The notes beneath the pieces were generated by a model that was given only the letters and a program-made list of their open reading frames with translations, was not told where the DNA came from and searched no databases. A stretch of 63,365 nucleotides of DNA, filler included, from Octopus bimaculoides (lineage: Eukaryota), in the NCBI RefSeq assembly GCF_001194135.2. It is 4 parts of 4 records of this genome, joined end to end, with 100 filler letters (N's around TTAATTAATTAA, not from the genome) between each part and the next. Parts side by side here need not be neighbours in the genome. Positions count along the whole stretch, not along the records: positions 23,491 to 45,940 come from NC_069009.1; 3 more parts are not named here. One strand, given 5' to 3'. Positions within the stretch are counted from its first letter, which is position 1. Each line of letters opens with the position of its first letter. Of the stretch, positions 27,947 through 40,202 are shown in pieces. The position numbers and the translations under genes are program-made.

Positions 27947-28511
27947 TCTGTTGTTCCTTCTGTTCCTATGAGGCACTAGTCATCAGTAGCTTTCCTCCCC
28001 AGTCCTTGACTTTGGGTTGTCATTTCGGCTTTTCTCCAGTTGGGTCCCTGCTTTTTCAGCTCTACCTCAATATCCCACCTCACATATGTTTCCCTGAGGT
28101 AAGGCCTTCCTCCTCCACACTTTATTCTTTTGAATTGTCATTGATACTTGTGTAATTTTCCTTTTTTTTTATCGGGTTTGTCTCTTTTCCCCCACACTGT
28201 TTCTCTTAAGCCCTTCACTCCCTCTGGAACAGAGGCTAGCAAAGACTTCTTTCCACAGTCCTCAACTCTGAACTGTCTTTTCTGCCTCTCTCCATTTGGA
28301 TCCCTGCCATTTTCAGCTCTACCTCAATATCCCTCCTCACATGTTTCCCTGAAGGAAACCTTCCTCTCCCAGATCCTGGTTTTGAATTTTCATCAATGCT
28401 TTTGTAATTTTGCATATTTTCATCAGCCTTGTCTCCTTCCCCCAAACTCTTCCCCTTCTTAAACCCTTTGCTTCCTATTGAGCAGAGAACATTGGCAATT
28501 TTTCTCCATCA

Positions 28512-29070
28512 GGCTCATGTGCGGGCGACACATGAAATCTTTCGAGCGGGATCGTTGCCAGTGCCCCTGGACTGGCTCATGTGCGGGCGACACATGAAAT
28601 CTTTCGAGCGAGATTGTTGCCAGTGCCCCTGGACTGGCTCATGTGCGGGCGACACATGAAATCTTTCGAGCGAGATTGTTGCCAGTGCCCCTGGNNNNNN
28701 NNNNNNNNNNNNNNNNNNNNNNNNNNNNNNNNNNNNNNNNNNNNNNNNNNNNNNNNNNNNNNNNNNNNNNNNNNNNNNNNNNNNNNNNNNNNNNNNNNNN
28801 NNNNNNNNNNNNNNNNNNNNNNNNNNNNNNNNNGTGACACATGAGGTTTCTCGAGCGAGATGAGCGTGGCCATTGCCAGTACCGCCTGACTGGCCTTTGT
28901 GCGGGTGGCACGTAAAAGCACCCACTACACTCTCTGAGTGGTTGGCATTAGGAAGGGCATCCAGCTGTAGAAACTCTGCCAAATCAGATTGGAGCCTGGT
29001 GTAGCCATCTGGTTTCACCAATCCTCAGTCAAATCGTCCAACCCATGCTAGCATGGAAAGCGGACGTTAA
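28512..29070 (+). mobile_element. Young SINE-like element with near-identical 62-bp tandem units and RTE-type tail
   Basis: Units start at 28512, 28574 and 28636, followed by a gap inside the array. The tail ends ggaaagcggacgttaaa. Confidence 0.8.
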
Positions 29071-29708
29071 ATGACAACGATTCTCACTCTAGGTTGTTTT
29101 TCAAGAGAAGGGTTTCATTTCCCAGTCTTGGTTTTGAATTGTCATCAATGCTTATGTAATTCTGCTTTATTTCTAAGTAGGTTTGTTGGCCCTATGCCAA
29201 CCCATTTCTACCTCTGGGAAGAGGTCATCCATATTAGTCTGGTTTCCATCATTTGATCTGTCCAGTATAGGAGGACATCACCCTTCATTGATGTAGACCT
29301 CAGGGTTATTGTAAATACAAAAACCCTAACCCTACAACAAGGACTTGTAAACTTGTAGAAGACAAATGATGTTGCAATAATTATATTAATATTGTTTGTT
29401 AATCTCATTGTGGAGGTGCATGGCTTAGTGGTCAGGGTGTTGGACTCATGGTCATAAGATTGTGGTTTTGATTCCTGGACTGGACAACACATTGTGTCCT
29501 TGAACAAAACACTTCATTTCACATTGCATTGTGTACTTCATCATTTCATGTTGCTTCAGTCCACACAGCTAGTAAGAATGAGCAATCCTGTGATGGACTA
29601 GCGTCCCATCCAGGGAGGAATATATATGCCAGAGAAACCAGGCAAACCAGCCCTATGCTCCTTACTAACCCCTTAATCTCATTATTATTTTATTTTTTAT
29701 CTTTTCAG

Positions 29709-30140
29709 GTGTTTTCATTCCAATGGCTGCCGGTCAAGGAGGGGGCGGTGATGGAGGAACAGGCGGTGGTGGCAGCAACACAGGAACTGGAAGCAGCGCA
29801 GCCAGTGACCTGCCTGTCATTATCAAACAGCCGGATGATGTCTACTACGTGCTGAGGCACAAGCCGGCACTGGTCAGCTGTCATGTGAAGGGTGCCACTG
29901 ACGTGCAATTCAAGTGCAGTGGACAGGTGGTGCCTTTACGCAGCATGTCCAAAGTGGAGGTGACAGACCCAAAAAGCGGGGACAAGTACTTGATCACCAG
30001 CATTGAAGTACCCCGTGAGGAGGTGGAGGCCTATTTTGGCAAAGATGATTACTCATGTAACTGCCATGCTTGGAACAGGAAGTCAAAGACAGCACCAGGC
30101 ACAGCAGTAATCAGCAAGGAAGGTATTATCCGGAAGTCCT
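29709..30140 (+). CDS. UNC5: UNC5 netrin receptor exon: end of signal peptide, Gly-rich linker and Ig1 domain
   Basis: Acceptor ttatcttttcag and donor GTAAGT at 30141, phase 1-1. Peptide xVFIPMAAG-QGGGG...LPVIIKQPDDVYYVLRHKPALVSC...VQFKCSG...IEVPREEVEAYFGKDDYSCNCHAWN matches UNC5 Ig1. Confidence 0.93.
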
Positions 30141-30172
30141 GTAAGTAAACCCTGCTAAACTATATAAAGATC

Positions 30173-30759
30173 GGATCTATTTTAAAACGGGGGCCACATT
30201 TTTCATTAATGTTTTACATAGTGTTTTTGGTACCGAAAGACTTTCAAACTTCGTATACTTATCTATTTTGTGTTATAGAACAGAAAAATATTTTTGTATT
30301 CGAATTTATTTCATGTAAAAAATTGTCTTATTTCAATAATTTCAACCAATCACTGACAAGTATTCAGTTGTTTACATTTACTCCTCTGGCTGATTAAGCG
30401 ATGTAAAGCGTATTTAATCTCCATACCTTCGTTTTATTTGCTTTTTTCATTTTAAATTTGCTTTAACCCTAACCCTAACCCTAACCCTAACCCTAGGGTT
30501 AGGGTTAGGGTTAGGGTTAATTGTTTCAGAATCGTTTGTTTATGTAGTCGGCACTTAATGTATATCGGCTGAATGGACGTCAGTGATTGGTTGAAATTAC
30601 AGAAATACGACAACTTTAACATGGAATAAGTTATAGATTTCTTTTTTTTTTTAAGAAGACTAAGAGAAAAAGATGTTTTATATGACACATTCTACCAGTG
30701 TTCCAAGTTTCAAAGTGTTTCGTAAATGAAAAATGTGGCCCCCGTTTTAAAAAAGATCC
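30173..30759. mobile_element. Non-autonomous TIR (foldback) element with 8-bp TSD and a central (TAACCC)n-TA-(GGGTTA)n palindrome; Merlin-, hAT- or P-type
   Basis: 35-bp TIRs at 30173-30207 and 30725-30759 with 1 mismatch. TAAAGATC lies on both sides (30165-30172, 30760-30767). Internal inverted motif ttcaaccaatcactgac / gtcagtgattggttgaa. Confidence 0.85.
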
Positions 30760-31409
30760 TAAAGATCTGTACATGTCTGGAGTATATGTTATGATTATTA
30801 TTATTATTTTAAGACAGTGAGCTGGCAGACTTGTTATCAGGCTGGATGAAACGCTTAGTGATATTTCATCTTCTTCATTGTTGCCTTTATTGAACTCATA
30901 AAGCAAAATATACTGAAAATGCTCCTTTGTCACTTCCATTATAGCGTTGAAAAAATAACTGTTAAAATTGAACTGGACTCTTCAAAATTTGCTCTAAGGA
31001 TAAGTACAATCCCTACAGGTCTTCCTGGATGAATCTCATCATCTAGGCTGTACTTTCCAGCTTACAATTTCTGGAACCCCCTTTGACATTTCTGGAACCA
31101 CCATTGAAATTTTGTGAATGACAAAAGTTTGTCAACTTTTGGATAAAGGGATTACGACCTCCAATGTAGCTCCGTGGTGAATTGGTTTAATCTCCCTTTG
31201 AAACTGTGATCTAATTTCAGCATTAATGATTATGACTCCTATTATTCTTGCCTAGGATTTAAAAAGACATTGACTTTTGTGATTCTTAGATAACCTAACT
31301 CTTCAATTATACTTTTACTTTCTCTGTGTGTAAGAGAAATAGAGACTGAAATCTCATTTTGTGACCTTAAAATCTTTGTTTACTCCATTTTCTTCTTTTC
31401 TCGGTCTAG

Positions 31410-31513
31410 ATCTAAAGAAAAGATTTTATCGTGAACCCATTAGCACCTTCGTGAAAGTAGAAGACACAACACAGTTAGAATGTCTGCCACCCGAAGGGGA
31501 TCCAATGCCTGAA
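31410..31513 (+). CDS. UNC5: UNC5 exon: start of Ig2, (Y)LKKRFYREPISTFVKVEDTTQLECLPPEGDPMPE
   Basis: Pyrimidine tract plus AG at 31408-31409 and donor GTATGT at 31514. Phase 1-0, in frame with the flanking exons. Contains the UNC5 CxPPEGxP motif. Confidence 0.92.
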
Positions 31514-32397
31514 GTATGTAATCAATTCCATATTCTTTTAATATTTCCATACAGGATCCAGTCACTAACAACATTGCATTGAAATCGATTGATTTGCACA
31601 AGCACTACAAGAGAACTCTTTACTTGGTTGATGCATGGACAGCCATTTTTGTATCATCATCACAATCTCATCATCTGGTTGAGCTTGCTCAAACATTTTA
31701 AACCCACACACACCATCCATGTCAGTCCTGCATTAGTTGAGGGAAATCTTCATGTTCAGGTATGACCATGCTTTGGCATCCATAGCAGTAGGTCACTTTC
31801 CAATTCTTGTTTAGCTCACCAGCATCTGTCCGTTAGAATAGTGGAAACAAGCAGGAGCTCTACTACAGCTGTTTCTTGGTGGGATGAGTTCTCTGAAATA
31901 TGTTTCATCATCATCATCATCATCGTTTAACGNNNNNNNNNNCTCTGAAATATGTTTAAAATTGCATAATTATATTCTTGATGCATTGTTATATTTTTAA
32001 TGACTTGTCTTCTTTCATCAATCACTACACCTAATCCTTCCTCTTTCAGAAGTTGTCCCCCTGTTATTTCTTTTCTGCAGTTGTTGACTAGCAACAGTTA
32101 GGAACTGTTATAGTAACACGAATCTCACCAATCTCAAAAGACCTGCCCATGCTACGGCCTCTGCTTCTTTCTGCAGATTTTGCTAATAAAACAAAAAGCA
32201 TGGCTTTTATCTTTCACTCGTTTCAGTCACCTGATTGCAGCCATGCTGGAGCACTACCTTGAAGGGTTTTAGTCAAACAGATTGACTCCAGGACTTTTTT
32301 TAAAGCCTAGTACTTATGCTATCAGTCTATTTTGCTGAATCGCTTAGTTACAGGGATGTAAACACACCAAGCACCAGTTATCAAGCACCAGCAGGAG

Positions 32398-32448
<51 letters not shown>

Positions 32449-34324
32449 GATACATATATAAATACATACATACATACATACATACATACNNNNNNNNNNN
32501 NNNNNNNNNNNNNNNNNNNNNNNNNNNNNNNNNNNNNNNNNNNNNNNNNNNNNNNNNNNNNNNNNNNNNNNNNNNNNNNNNNNNNNNNNNNNNNNNNNNN
32601 NNNNNNNNNNNNNNNNNCGCATGCAATTGGAAAACAAGCTTCTTACCACACAGTCACGCCTGCACCTATATAACTATATATATATCATCATTTAACGTCC
32701 GTTTTCCATGCTAGCATGGGCTGGACGGTTCGACTGGGGTCTGGGAACCCAGGGGGCTGCACCAGGCTCCAGTCTGATCTGGCAGTGTTTCTACAACTGG
32801 ATGCCCTTCCTAATGCCAACCACTACACACACATACACATGATGGGCTTCATTCAGTTTCAGCCTACCAAATCTACTCACAAGGCTTTGGTCGGCCTGAG
32901 GCTATAGTAGAAGACACTTGCCCAAGGTGCCACACAGTGAGACAGAACCCAGAACCTTGTGGTTGGAAAGCAAGGTTCTTACCACTCAGCCTCGTCTACA
33001 CCTATGTCCATAGCTAGACAGTGACTTGGTTTAATCTGCCTTAAAACTGTAATCTTCCTAAATTGACATGAATAACTTGAAGTTTTGCATAAGTAACAAT
33101 CATGGTACTAATTTATTTGTTTCTGATATTCAAATCATTCATGCCAAGGCTTTAATAAGACATTCGTTACTTCTGCAGTTCTTAATTAACCAAACTCTGG
33201 TGACCACCATCTCTGTTATCTTAAACATCCTCCACAGTTTGCTAGACGGGGAATTAGTTTAAATCTTTTATGTCATTAATACAATTACATTCTTTCATGC
33301 TATAACTATTAGCCACATTGCAAGAGATGAGCTTTAATAGTCTGTTTCAATGATTAATATTAACGATAATTCCTCTGAGACAGATATATTTTTGTCAATG
33401 TATTTAATACTTTTGGCATAAACCATTTCAGATTCCTTAAGTAGTTCCACTGTTGCTACTAGTTTCTGATTATATTACTCTTGCAAAAGATTCCAAAGAC
33501 ATTCACTACTTTCACAAATTTTAAACCAAGTGTGTGAGTTATCACCATCAGCAACAGCAACAGCAGCATCATTATCATAATTTAAGGTCCACTTTTCATT
33601 GTTTACAATGGATGAGATGGAATTTGTCAAGGCAGACTTTCTATCACCGGATGCCCTTCTTATCACCAATCTTGACCTGCTTCTAGGCAAAGTAATACTT
33701 CCAGACATGTTTATCGTGGAAGATTGTAAGTGAATAGCATTGCTTGAATAACAGTGATGCTCATTTACGACCACCAAGTGATGTCAAAACAAATGTATAT
33801 AAATGTACACACACACAACCATGTACACTCACGCACACATATACATGAGTTAGCACAAGCTGGAGAAAAACAGTATTTGAATACTGAAGGCAGGGCAATA
33901 TGCTTTAATTACCACTACTGCCCAATGAGCAGGAAGATTTTGCAGCTTTCATAAAAGAGTATATATANNNNNNNNNNNNNNNNNNNNNNNNNNNNNNNNN
34001 NNNNNNNNNNNNNNNNNNNNNNNNNNNNNNNNNNNNNNNNNNNNNNNNNNNNNNNNNNNNNNNNNNNNNNNNNNNNNNNNNNNNNNNNNNNNNNNNNNNN
34101 NNNNNNNNNNNNNNNNNNNNNNNNNNNNNNNNNNNNNNNNNNNNNNNNNNNNNNNACACACACACACACACACACACACAGGCATGGCTGTGTGGTAAGA
34201 AGCTTCCTTCCAAACTACTTGATCCCAGGATCAATCCCACTGTGTAGATCTTGGGCAAGTATCTTCTACAAAGCCTTGTGAGTGGATTTGGTACATGGAT
34301 ACTGAAAGAAGCTCATCATTTATG

Positions 34325-34361
<37 letters not shown>

Positions 34362-34535
34362 CTTTTTGTCTTTACATCTCCATAACTTAGCAATTCAGCA
34401 AAAACAACCAATACAATGAGTACTAGACTTGAAAAAAAAGTCCTGGGGTTGATTTGTTCAACTAAAACCCTTCATGGTGGTGCCTCAGCATGGCCACACT
34501 CAAATAACTGAAACCAGTAAAAGATATATATATAT

Positions 34536-35151
34536 AAACCAAATGCCAGCCTTAATGTAAATAAATAATAAACAGACTCTGATAAAGTAGGGAAACAGTT
34601 TAACCCAGGAGAGAGAAATACCAAAGTCTTACTATTCCAAGAATCTTGCCAAAATTATAAGACTATACAATAATATTACAGAAATATTAGACTAATTCCT
34701 CATCTAGATATTTTGGAAGCTGTAAATAGAGCAGGAGTGATGTAGCAGGCATGGCTGTGGAGGTAAAGAAGTTTGCTTTTCAGCCATGTGGTTTTGGGTT
34801 CAGTCCTACTGCATGGCATTTGAGGTATTTGTTAGCCCAGAGCTATTGTAGAAGACACTTTCCTCAAATGCCATGCAGTAGGACTGAACCCAAAACCACA
34901 TAGCTGAAAAGCAAACTTCTTTACCCCCACAGCCATGCCTGCTACATCACTCCTGCTCTATTTACAGCTTCCAAAATATCTAGATGAGGAATTAGTCTAA
35001 TATTTCTGTAATATTATTGTATAGTCTTATAATTTTGGCAAGATTCTTGGAATAGTAAGACTTTGGTATTTCTCTCTCCTGGGTTAAACTGTTTCCCTAC
35101 TTTATCAGAATCTGTTTATTATTTATTTACATTAAGGCTGGCATTTAGTTT
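34536..35151. repeat. 290-bp near-perfect inverted duplication with 36-bp spacer
   Basis: 34536-34825 is the reverse complement of 34862-35151. I counted 4 mismatches by eye. Confidence 0.95.
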
Positions 35152-36464
35152 AGAAATCTAGAATTATATTTAGGAAACATTGAATCCTTGTAAACATTGA
35201 GAAGACAACCTCTGTGTGTGTGTATTTGCCTAAGATGACATGCAGTGGGATTGAACCTGAGACCATCTGATTGGGAAGCAAATGTCTTAACTACATAAGC
35301 ATGCTTACATGCCATGTAAAAGAGTACTGGTGTGGGTGCTGGTGACACGTAAAAGGCACTTGTGATTATGCCACATAAAAAAGCACCCAGTCCACTCTGT
35401 AAAGTGACTGACATTAGGAAGGACATCCAGCCATAGTAATCATGCCAAAGCAGACCTCCCCAGTGCTGGTGCCACATAAAAGCACCCAGTCCACTTTGTA
35501 AATTGGTTGGCATTAGGAAGGGCATCTAGTTGTAGAAACCAAGCCAAAAACAGACCATGGAATGTGTTGTGGCCTCTGGCATTGCCAGTTCCTGTCAAGC
35601 TGTCTAACTCATGCCAGCATGGGAAACTGATATTAAATGATGATGATGATGATACAGTTACAACAAGCTTCTTTCAGTTTCCCTGTACCAAATCCTTTCA
35701 CAAGACTGGTTGTTCCAGCATTGTATATAATAGAAGACAATTGTCTCAGATGCCATGCATTGGGACTGTACCTGAAACCACACAATTCAGAAGTGAACTT
35801 CTTCACTACACAAGCTTGCCTTCATCTTGCTGTATGGTTGAATACTGCCCTGAAGATATTTTTGTCCCATTCTTGCTAGCATAGCAAGAGGAGGGGGGTC
35901 CTTATGATGATGATGATGCTCAGCTAGACTGTTTGCCAAATGCCTTCATCTGTTCACTGCGTCCGATATAGAAGTTTAGCCTACATACGAATGCTCTGAT
36001 GAGGACCTACCCACTTCCTACCCCAAATGAGTTTTCCATAGACACATTGTCAGCCAAGATCTGTTGTTTACAAAGCAATCAAGAAGATGTTTAAAGTTTA
36101 TATTTTTCTCAGTTTGAGGGAAGGGGGTTCCACATGGGTTTAGCACTTCAGAGAAGGGCTTGATGAGAATTCCTGATCTGTGCTACTGGTAGGGGCCAGG
36201 GGTGGGAGATCAGGGGTACTTAATGGTGGGGTGTCGGTAGTGGTGCTGCTTGGCTGGTTGCATGTGTGTATGTGGTGTGAGGTTGTGTGTATGTGTGTGC
36301 TGGTGGTGGTGGTGGTGGTGGTGGTGTAGTGCTATAAGCATTTTTTGGTGTGTGAGTTAGTATTGTGTGTGTATATGTCTGAGTGTGTTTGTCTGTATGT
36401 ATGTGCACATGTATGCTCATGCACACGTACACATATATATTCTCACACACATACATGTACTGAT

Positions 36465-36511
<47 letters not shown>

Positions 36512-36650
36512 CATAACTATGCATTTGAATACATACATTTCTATATCTATGATGTATCTATCTATCTATATATATGTGTGTATATATGTATGCATGTGTG
36601 TGTATTCATATATGTAAATATACACACAGATGTGTATGACTATGCGAATA

Positions 36651-36706
<56 letters not shown>

Positions 36707-37580
36707 TACATACATGTGTATAAACACACACATCAATTTGTGGCACCACCATGCCTCATTAACCCAGGAAATAATGGCAGATGAATGGTAGATGGGGGGG
36801 CATAGTAGTGGGTGGTATACAGTTACTGAAGGGGGGGTTGGTAATAGCAGTAGTAGTAGGTGGTGGTAGTATTGTGTTAGTTATGGTAGCAGTAGTAGTA
36901 ATAGTGGTCTGTGGTGGTGGGGTTGATATCATGTAACATATGTGGAGGAAATAGTACTAACAGTAGTGTAATAGTAGTTATAATCTGGTGGTAGTGGTAA
37001 TTTTCTTGTAGTTGTAATGTAGGTTCTAGTGATGATGATGATGATAGCGTTGGTAGGTTTTGTTGGTGTTCTACAGCTGCCCCACCCCCGCCTCATCATT
37101 AAAATCATTTACAAAACATAGATATTAGCTTTGTTTGGACATTTCCTGACTGTCTAAATTAATTAGTCGAAGAGTATTAATTTCAGTGTCAGAATAATGA
37201 GGACAATCCTTCTGGATCAAATCATGGTGATGACCATGAAAGACAAAAGCTAATGAAGACATATGGAAATGACCTCCAGCATGGCCACAGTCGAATGACT
37301 GCAACAAGTAAACAATGAAAGATGAAAGATATATGGGAGCCTAAACAATGTCCCCCATAAATTAGCAGTCTGGTAAAAGCAATTCATTAAATTAGTACCA
37401 AGTCTTTAAGAAAAGCACTGGGGTTGATTCAGTCAACTACAAAATTCTTTAAGGTGGTGTTCCAGCATGGCCACAGTATAATGGCTGAAACAAGTAAAAG
37501 ATAAAAGATACTATATATCTAGTGCATTTAGGACTACATCATCAAATGTCTTGCATAGTAGTTAGTATTAATGGCCATGT

Positions 37581-37985
37581 GGAGGTGCAATGGCCCAGTG
37601 ATTAGGGCAGCGGACTCGCGGTCATAGGATCGTGGTTTCGATTCCCAGACCGGGCATTGTGAGTGTTTATTGAGATAAAACACCTAAAGCTCCCCAAGGC
37701 TCCATCAGNNNNNNNNNNNNNNNGGATGGTGGCGAACCCTGCTGTATTCTATCACCACAACTTTCTCTCACTCTTACTTCCTGTTTCTGTTGTTCCTGTA
37801 ATTCAAAGGGTCAGCTTTGTCACACTGTGTCACGCTGAATATCCCCGAGAATTACGTCAAGAGTACACGTGTCTGTGGAGTGCTCAGCCACTTGCACGTT
37901 AATTTCACGAGCAGGCTGTTCCGTTGATCGGATCAAGTGGAACCCTCGACGTCAAAACCAACGGAGTGCCACCATAGTTGTTGTT
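37581..37985 (+). mobile_element. tRNA-derived SINE
   Basis: Head with A-box-like TGGCCCAGTG and B-box-like GTTTCGATTCC. The body is shared with 2218-2610 and 57160-57420 (minus). Confidence 0.75.
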
Positions 37986-38412
37986 GTTTATTCCAAGGTT
38001 AGTCCTGATGCAACAAACCTATTGTCAAATATGTTCCAGCTGTGACCACCCCATCTTTTATCCAAATAATTTATTTTACATTAACAGTAAAATGCAATTT
38101 GGGGCTAACTTGATTACTATTTCCAACTGTACAAGTGTTATCTATTGACATATAAGAAGCCATTATTCTTATCACAGAGTATGAGTGTGTGAATTTAATT
38201 CCCACTCTGTTTCAAAGTAATTTTCTTCATAATATCCATCACATCAATGATGTTTACTCTCTGATACAGTCAGAGGAGTACCATGAAATTTAAAGTCTGT
38301 TTCAGACTGAAACTACATAAATTCTGTTTTCCATAGCAGATGAGATGTGTTCTATATTTTAATTGTCCTTGCCTAGTAATTTTTTTCGTATCCAATTTGT
38401 TTTTCACCCATG

Positions 38413-38446
<34 letters not shown>

Positions 38447-38538
38447 AACACACATACACACAGATGCATTGCTGTTTACTAACACTGCTAATAATAATGA
38501 TAATAATATTATGTTATGTGTTATGTTGTCTGTTACAG

Positions 38539-38719
38539 GTATTTTGGCTGAAGGATGGTCAGTTGGTAGACTTTGTGAAAGATGACAACCTCATTAATTC
38601 CCATGACAACAGTCTCATTATAAACCAGGCCCGTCTCTCTGATATGGGCAACTACACATGTGGAGCACAGAATCTTGCCAGCAAACGCCTTAGTGTGCCT
38701 GCAACGCTAACAGTCTTTG
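38539..38719 (+). CDS. UNC5: UNC5 exon: rest of Ig2, VFWLKDGQLVDFVKDDNLINSHDNSLIINQARLSDMGNYTCGAQNLASKRLSVPATLTVF
   Basis: Acceptor tgttacag and donor GTAAGG at 38720, phase 0-1. Contains WLKD, LIIxQARLSDxGNYTCxAxN and KR motifs. Confidence 0.95.
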
Positions 38720-38788
38720 GTAAGGTTCAATAAATTCTTTATTCCAAAACACCTTCAGAGCTCTTACATTTTTTTTATCTTGCAAATG

Positions 38789-38844
<56 letters not shown>

Positions 38845-40169
38845 GAGAGCAGTGCATGCCATCAAATTGCTCCTGGGGTACAAGCTCAATATACCCATCA
38901 TGGCTACCTGTCTGATAAGGGTACACCAGACACATGCATCACAACGATATGTGCACGACATGGTGATCTCGTATCAAGATAAACAGCACATGGCCTTGCA
39001 TGTGGGGCCCAGTGAGAATTTTCTTCAGGTCAAGTAGCCCATTCTGCTCAAAGGGTCTCTGAACTAGATTTGTTTAAGGATGATGAACAAAACACCCATG
39101 TTTCCAGGGGTGAATTATTCAAACTCTAAAGAATTTTTCTCAACACATGGCTATGATGCTTCCCCACAACTCCCGCTCATGATCAGAGATGCACATATCG
39201 TTAGCCATTAAGTGACATGTTCACCTGATTTAGGTCAAGTAACTGACTTGCAAATCTGCGAGATTGATCAGAATATTTGTTGTAACCCTCTTTTATACCA
39301 AGACAAAATATGTACATGTTGATGCTTCCAATCATTTAAGATCAGAAACCATGGGAACCACTGCCTGTTACTGCATCAGGGCAATTATTTTTACTATTAC
39401 TACTTTTATTAGTATTACCAGAACGACTGCTTTTCAGGTAGTTTTCTGCCAATTGCTAAATATTCACGTATTTGATTCCCAATTTGTGTAATTTCTCTGA
39501 TATCATCTACTTTTCCTTCATATTCTATATTCATATTCATGTAATTGCTCTCATTTGCTCAGTAAAAAAAAAACATTGCAAATAATGTCGCACTCAAAGA
39601 CAGAATTAGAATTTGAAGTAATAGATAAATATTATTTGACTTAATTTAGCCCCACATAAAATTCGTCAGATTACTCTATGTAACAACTGTTATTTCTTGT
39701 CTGCTTACCCCTGGAAAGTATGAAAAATAGCTAATATTTCCATCAAAATTTGTTTTTGTTACAATTATTCAAACCCTAAAGAACCCCTGTCAACACACAA
39801 AGCTATGATGCTCCACCACTAGTCCTGCTTATGATCAGAAATGCACATATTGTCAGCCACTAAGGGACATACTCAAGTGATTAAGTTCAAGCAACTAATT
39901 AAGGTGAAGCAAATCTGTGATATTGAATAGAGTATTTGTTATAATGAGATTTCTATTTCAGGAACTCAACACTGAATCTGTCTGAAATGTAATGGAAAAT
40001 AGGTCAGTTTCAAAACATTGATGTCCCAATGGCAAAAGCAAAGTTTGAAGGGAATAGTAGTCATTTCCTTTTATTTTTAGTTAGAAGCAAATAGAAAATA
40101 GCACTTACTGACAAAAGACAAAAAAAATAATTTTGTTATACAGTGTTGCCACATGAATAGTGCTGCACG

Positions 40170-40199
<30 letters not shown>

Positions 40200-40202
<3 letters not shown>

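Noticed and set aside
28512-28694. 62-bp tandem units (and 66-bp units at 110-440) as a CRISPR-like array
   Set aside because: The units abut with no unique spacers, the context is a eukaryotic retroposon, and there are no cas genes.
29723-29725. ATG of the track ORF as the UNC5 start codon
   Set aside because: No signal peptide follows it, and a strong in-frame acceptor lies 14 nt upstream, so it is more likely an internal Met.
30464-30519. Telomeric repeats as a chromosome fusion scar
   Set aside because: The orientation is (CCCTAA)n then (TTAGGG)n, opposite to a fusion, and the repeats lie inside a TIR element with a TSD.
37581-37655. tRNA-like sequence with A and B boxes
   Set aside because: It continues into a SINE body found elsewhere in the window and gives no clean cloverleaf; it is a SINE head.
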